This document shows, in pieces, positions 63,436-64,000 of a DNA stretch of 64,000 bases. The notes under the pieces were generated by a model, which had not been told where the DNA came from, did no database searches, and worked only from the letters and a program-made list of their open reading frames with translations. The translations under genes and the position numbers were made by a program. Each line of letters starts with the position of its first letter. The stretch's first letter is position 1. This DNA is from Chiloscyllium plagiosum (Eukaryota), in contig NC_057711.1 of assembly GCF_004010195.1 (NCBI RefSeq), positions 71,000,070 through 71,064,069 on the forward strand. The letters run 5' to 3'.

Positions 63436-63830
63436 TCACATGTACTCGGTAATTTTGAGGGCTGTGATAGAACAGGGCAAGAGCCTGTTGAAGATGCGGT
63501 TCTGTTGCTTGGACCAGACTGGGGTGAACAGTGGGGACCCTCCAGTATAATCCAGACAAAGTGTGCTGCATCATCCTAGCATGCTATGCATTGCACTATT
63601 GGAGCACGTAACGAGCTATGTGCTGGATGTAGAGGAACTGGGGGATCAGGGGCACACTTTTGAGACGGATATTGAGAACGCTGGGAATGGGAACGTGTCT
63701 TTGTCCATGGTAGAACAAACCAGTGAGTTGATACAATCAGATCCCTGCTGAAGTTCCCCAATTTGTATTGTTTCCAGACAATATCCCTGAGACTGTTAAG
63801 CTCCTGGATAAACTGGTTCACTTTGTTTAT
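63436..63830 (-). pseudogene. Degraded coding-like segment of unknown origin
   Basis: Three frames join by two 1-nt shifts into about 130 codons with two TAGs. The last 42 codons have 27 ending in G/C (hand count). No family recognised. Confidence 0.35.
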
Positions 63831-64000
63831 TTACCCAACCCCTCCCTTGGTTGGTTACGACAAAGTTAATTTTTAAAACAGGACTCCTTCCATTCTGGAT
63901 ATCTTTCTCCCAAACCAAATGAACTTATGCTTTAGAAAAGAAGACAATTTAGGTTTTCTTTATTTAAGAAAGAGTGAGCTTCTTAATTACTAAAAGTCTA

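Noticed and set aside
63560..63790. Faint resemblance of KLGNFS, SRDLIVS and YIQHIARYVLQ to hepadnaviral polymerase or core motifs
   Set aside because: Matches are short, in inconsistent frames and spacing, and cannot be supported without a search.

Overview
This is eukaryotic, repeat-dominated DNA with no recognisable host protein-coding exon, rRNA, tRNA gene or CRISPR array. The repeat complement points to a shark or other cartilaginous fish, probably an intronic or intergenic region (inference). It includes HE1-type tRNA SINEs, their HER1/CR1 partner LINEs, Deu-domain SINEs and abundant Penelope-like elements (PLEs). Contents: two near full-length CR1 LINEs (37.7-41.9 kb and 57.1-61.1 kb, minus strand), many 5'-truncated CR1s, L2/Crack- and RTE-like relics, a solo LTR with TSD, a Harbinger Myb/SANT relic, and many PLE fragments. 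Many PLE-type insertions are 90-380 bp, often with TSDs or inverted repeats, and carry minimal hammerhead ribozymes of three sequence families. The most notable item is a 1.94-kb TSD-bounded, poly(A)-tailed Tx1/Keno-type element at 35161-37098 (minus). It begins with the U2 snRNA 5' end, which has a deletion in the branch-point recognition sequence, encodes only a zinc-knuckle ORF1, and sits outside any U2 gene. A degraded coding-like segment at 63436-63830 is unexplained. Boundaries of old repeats are approximate. Family names come from recalled motifs, not database searches.
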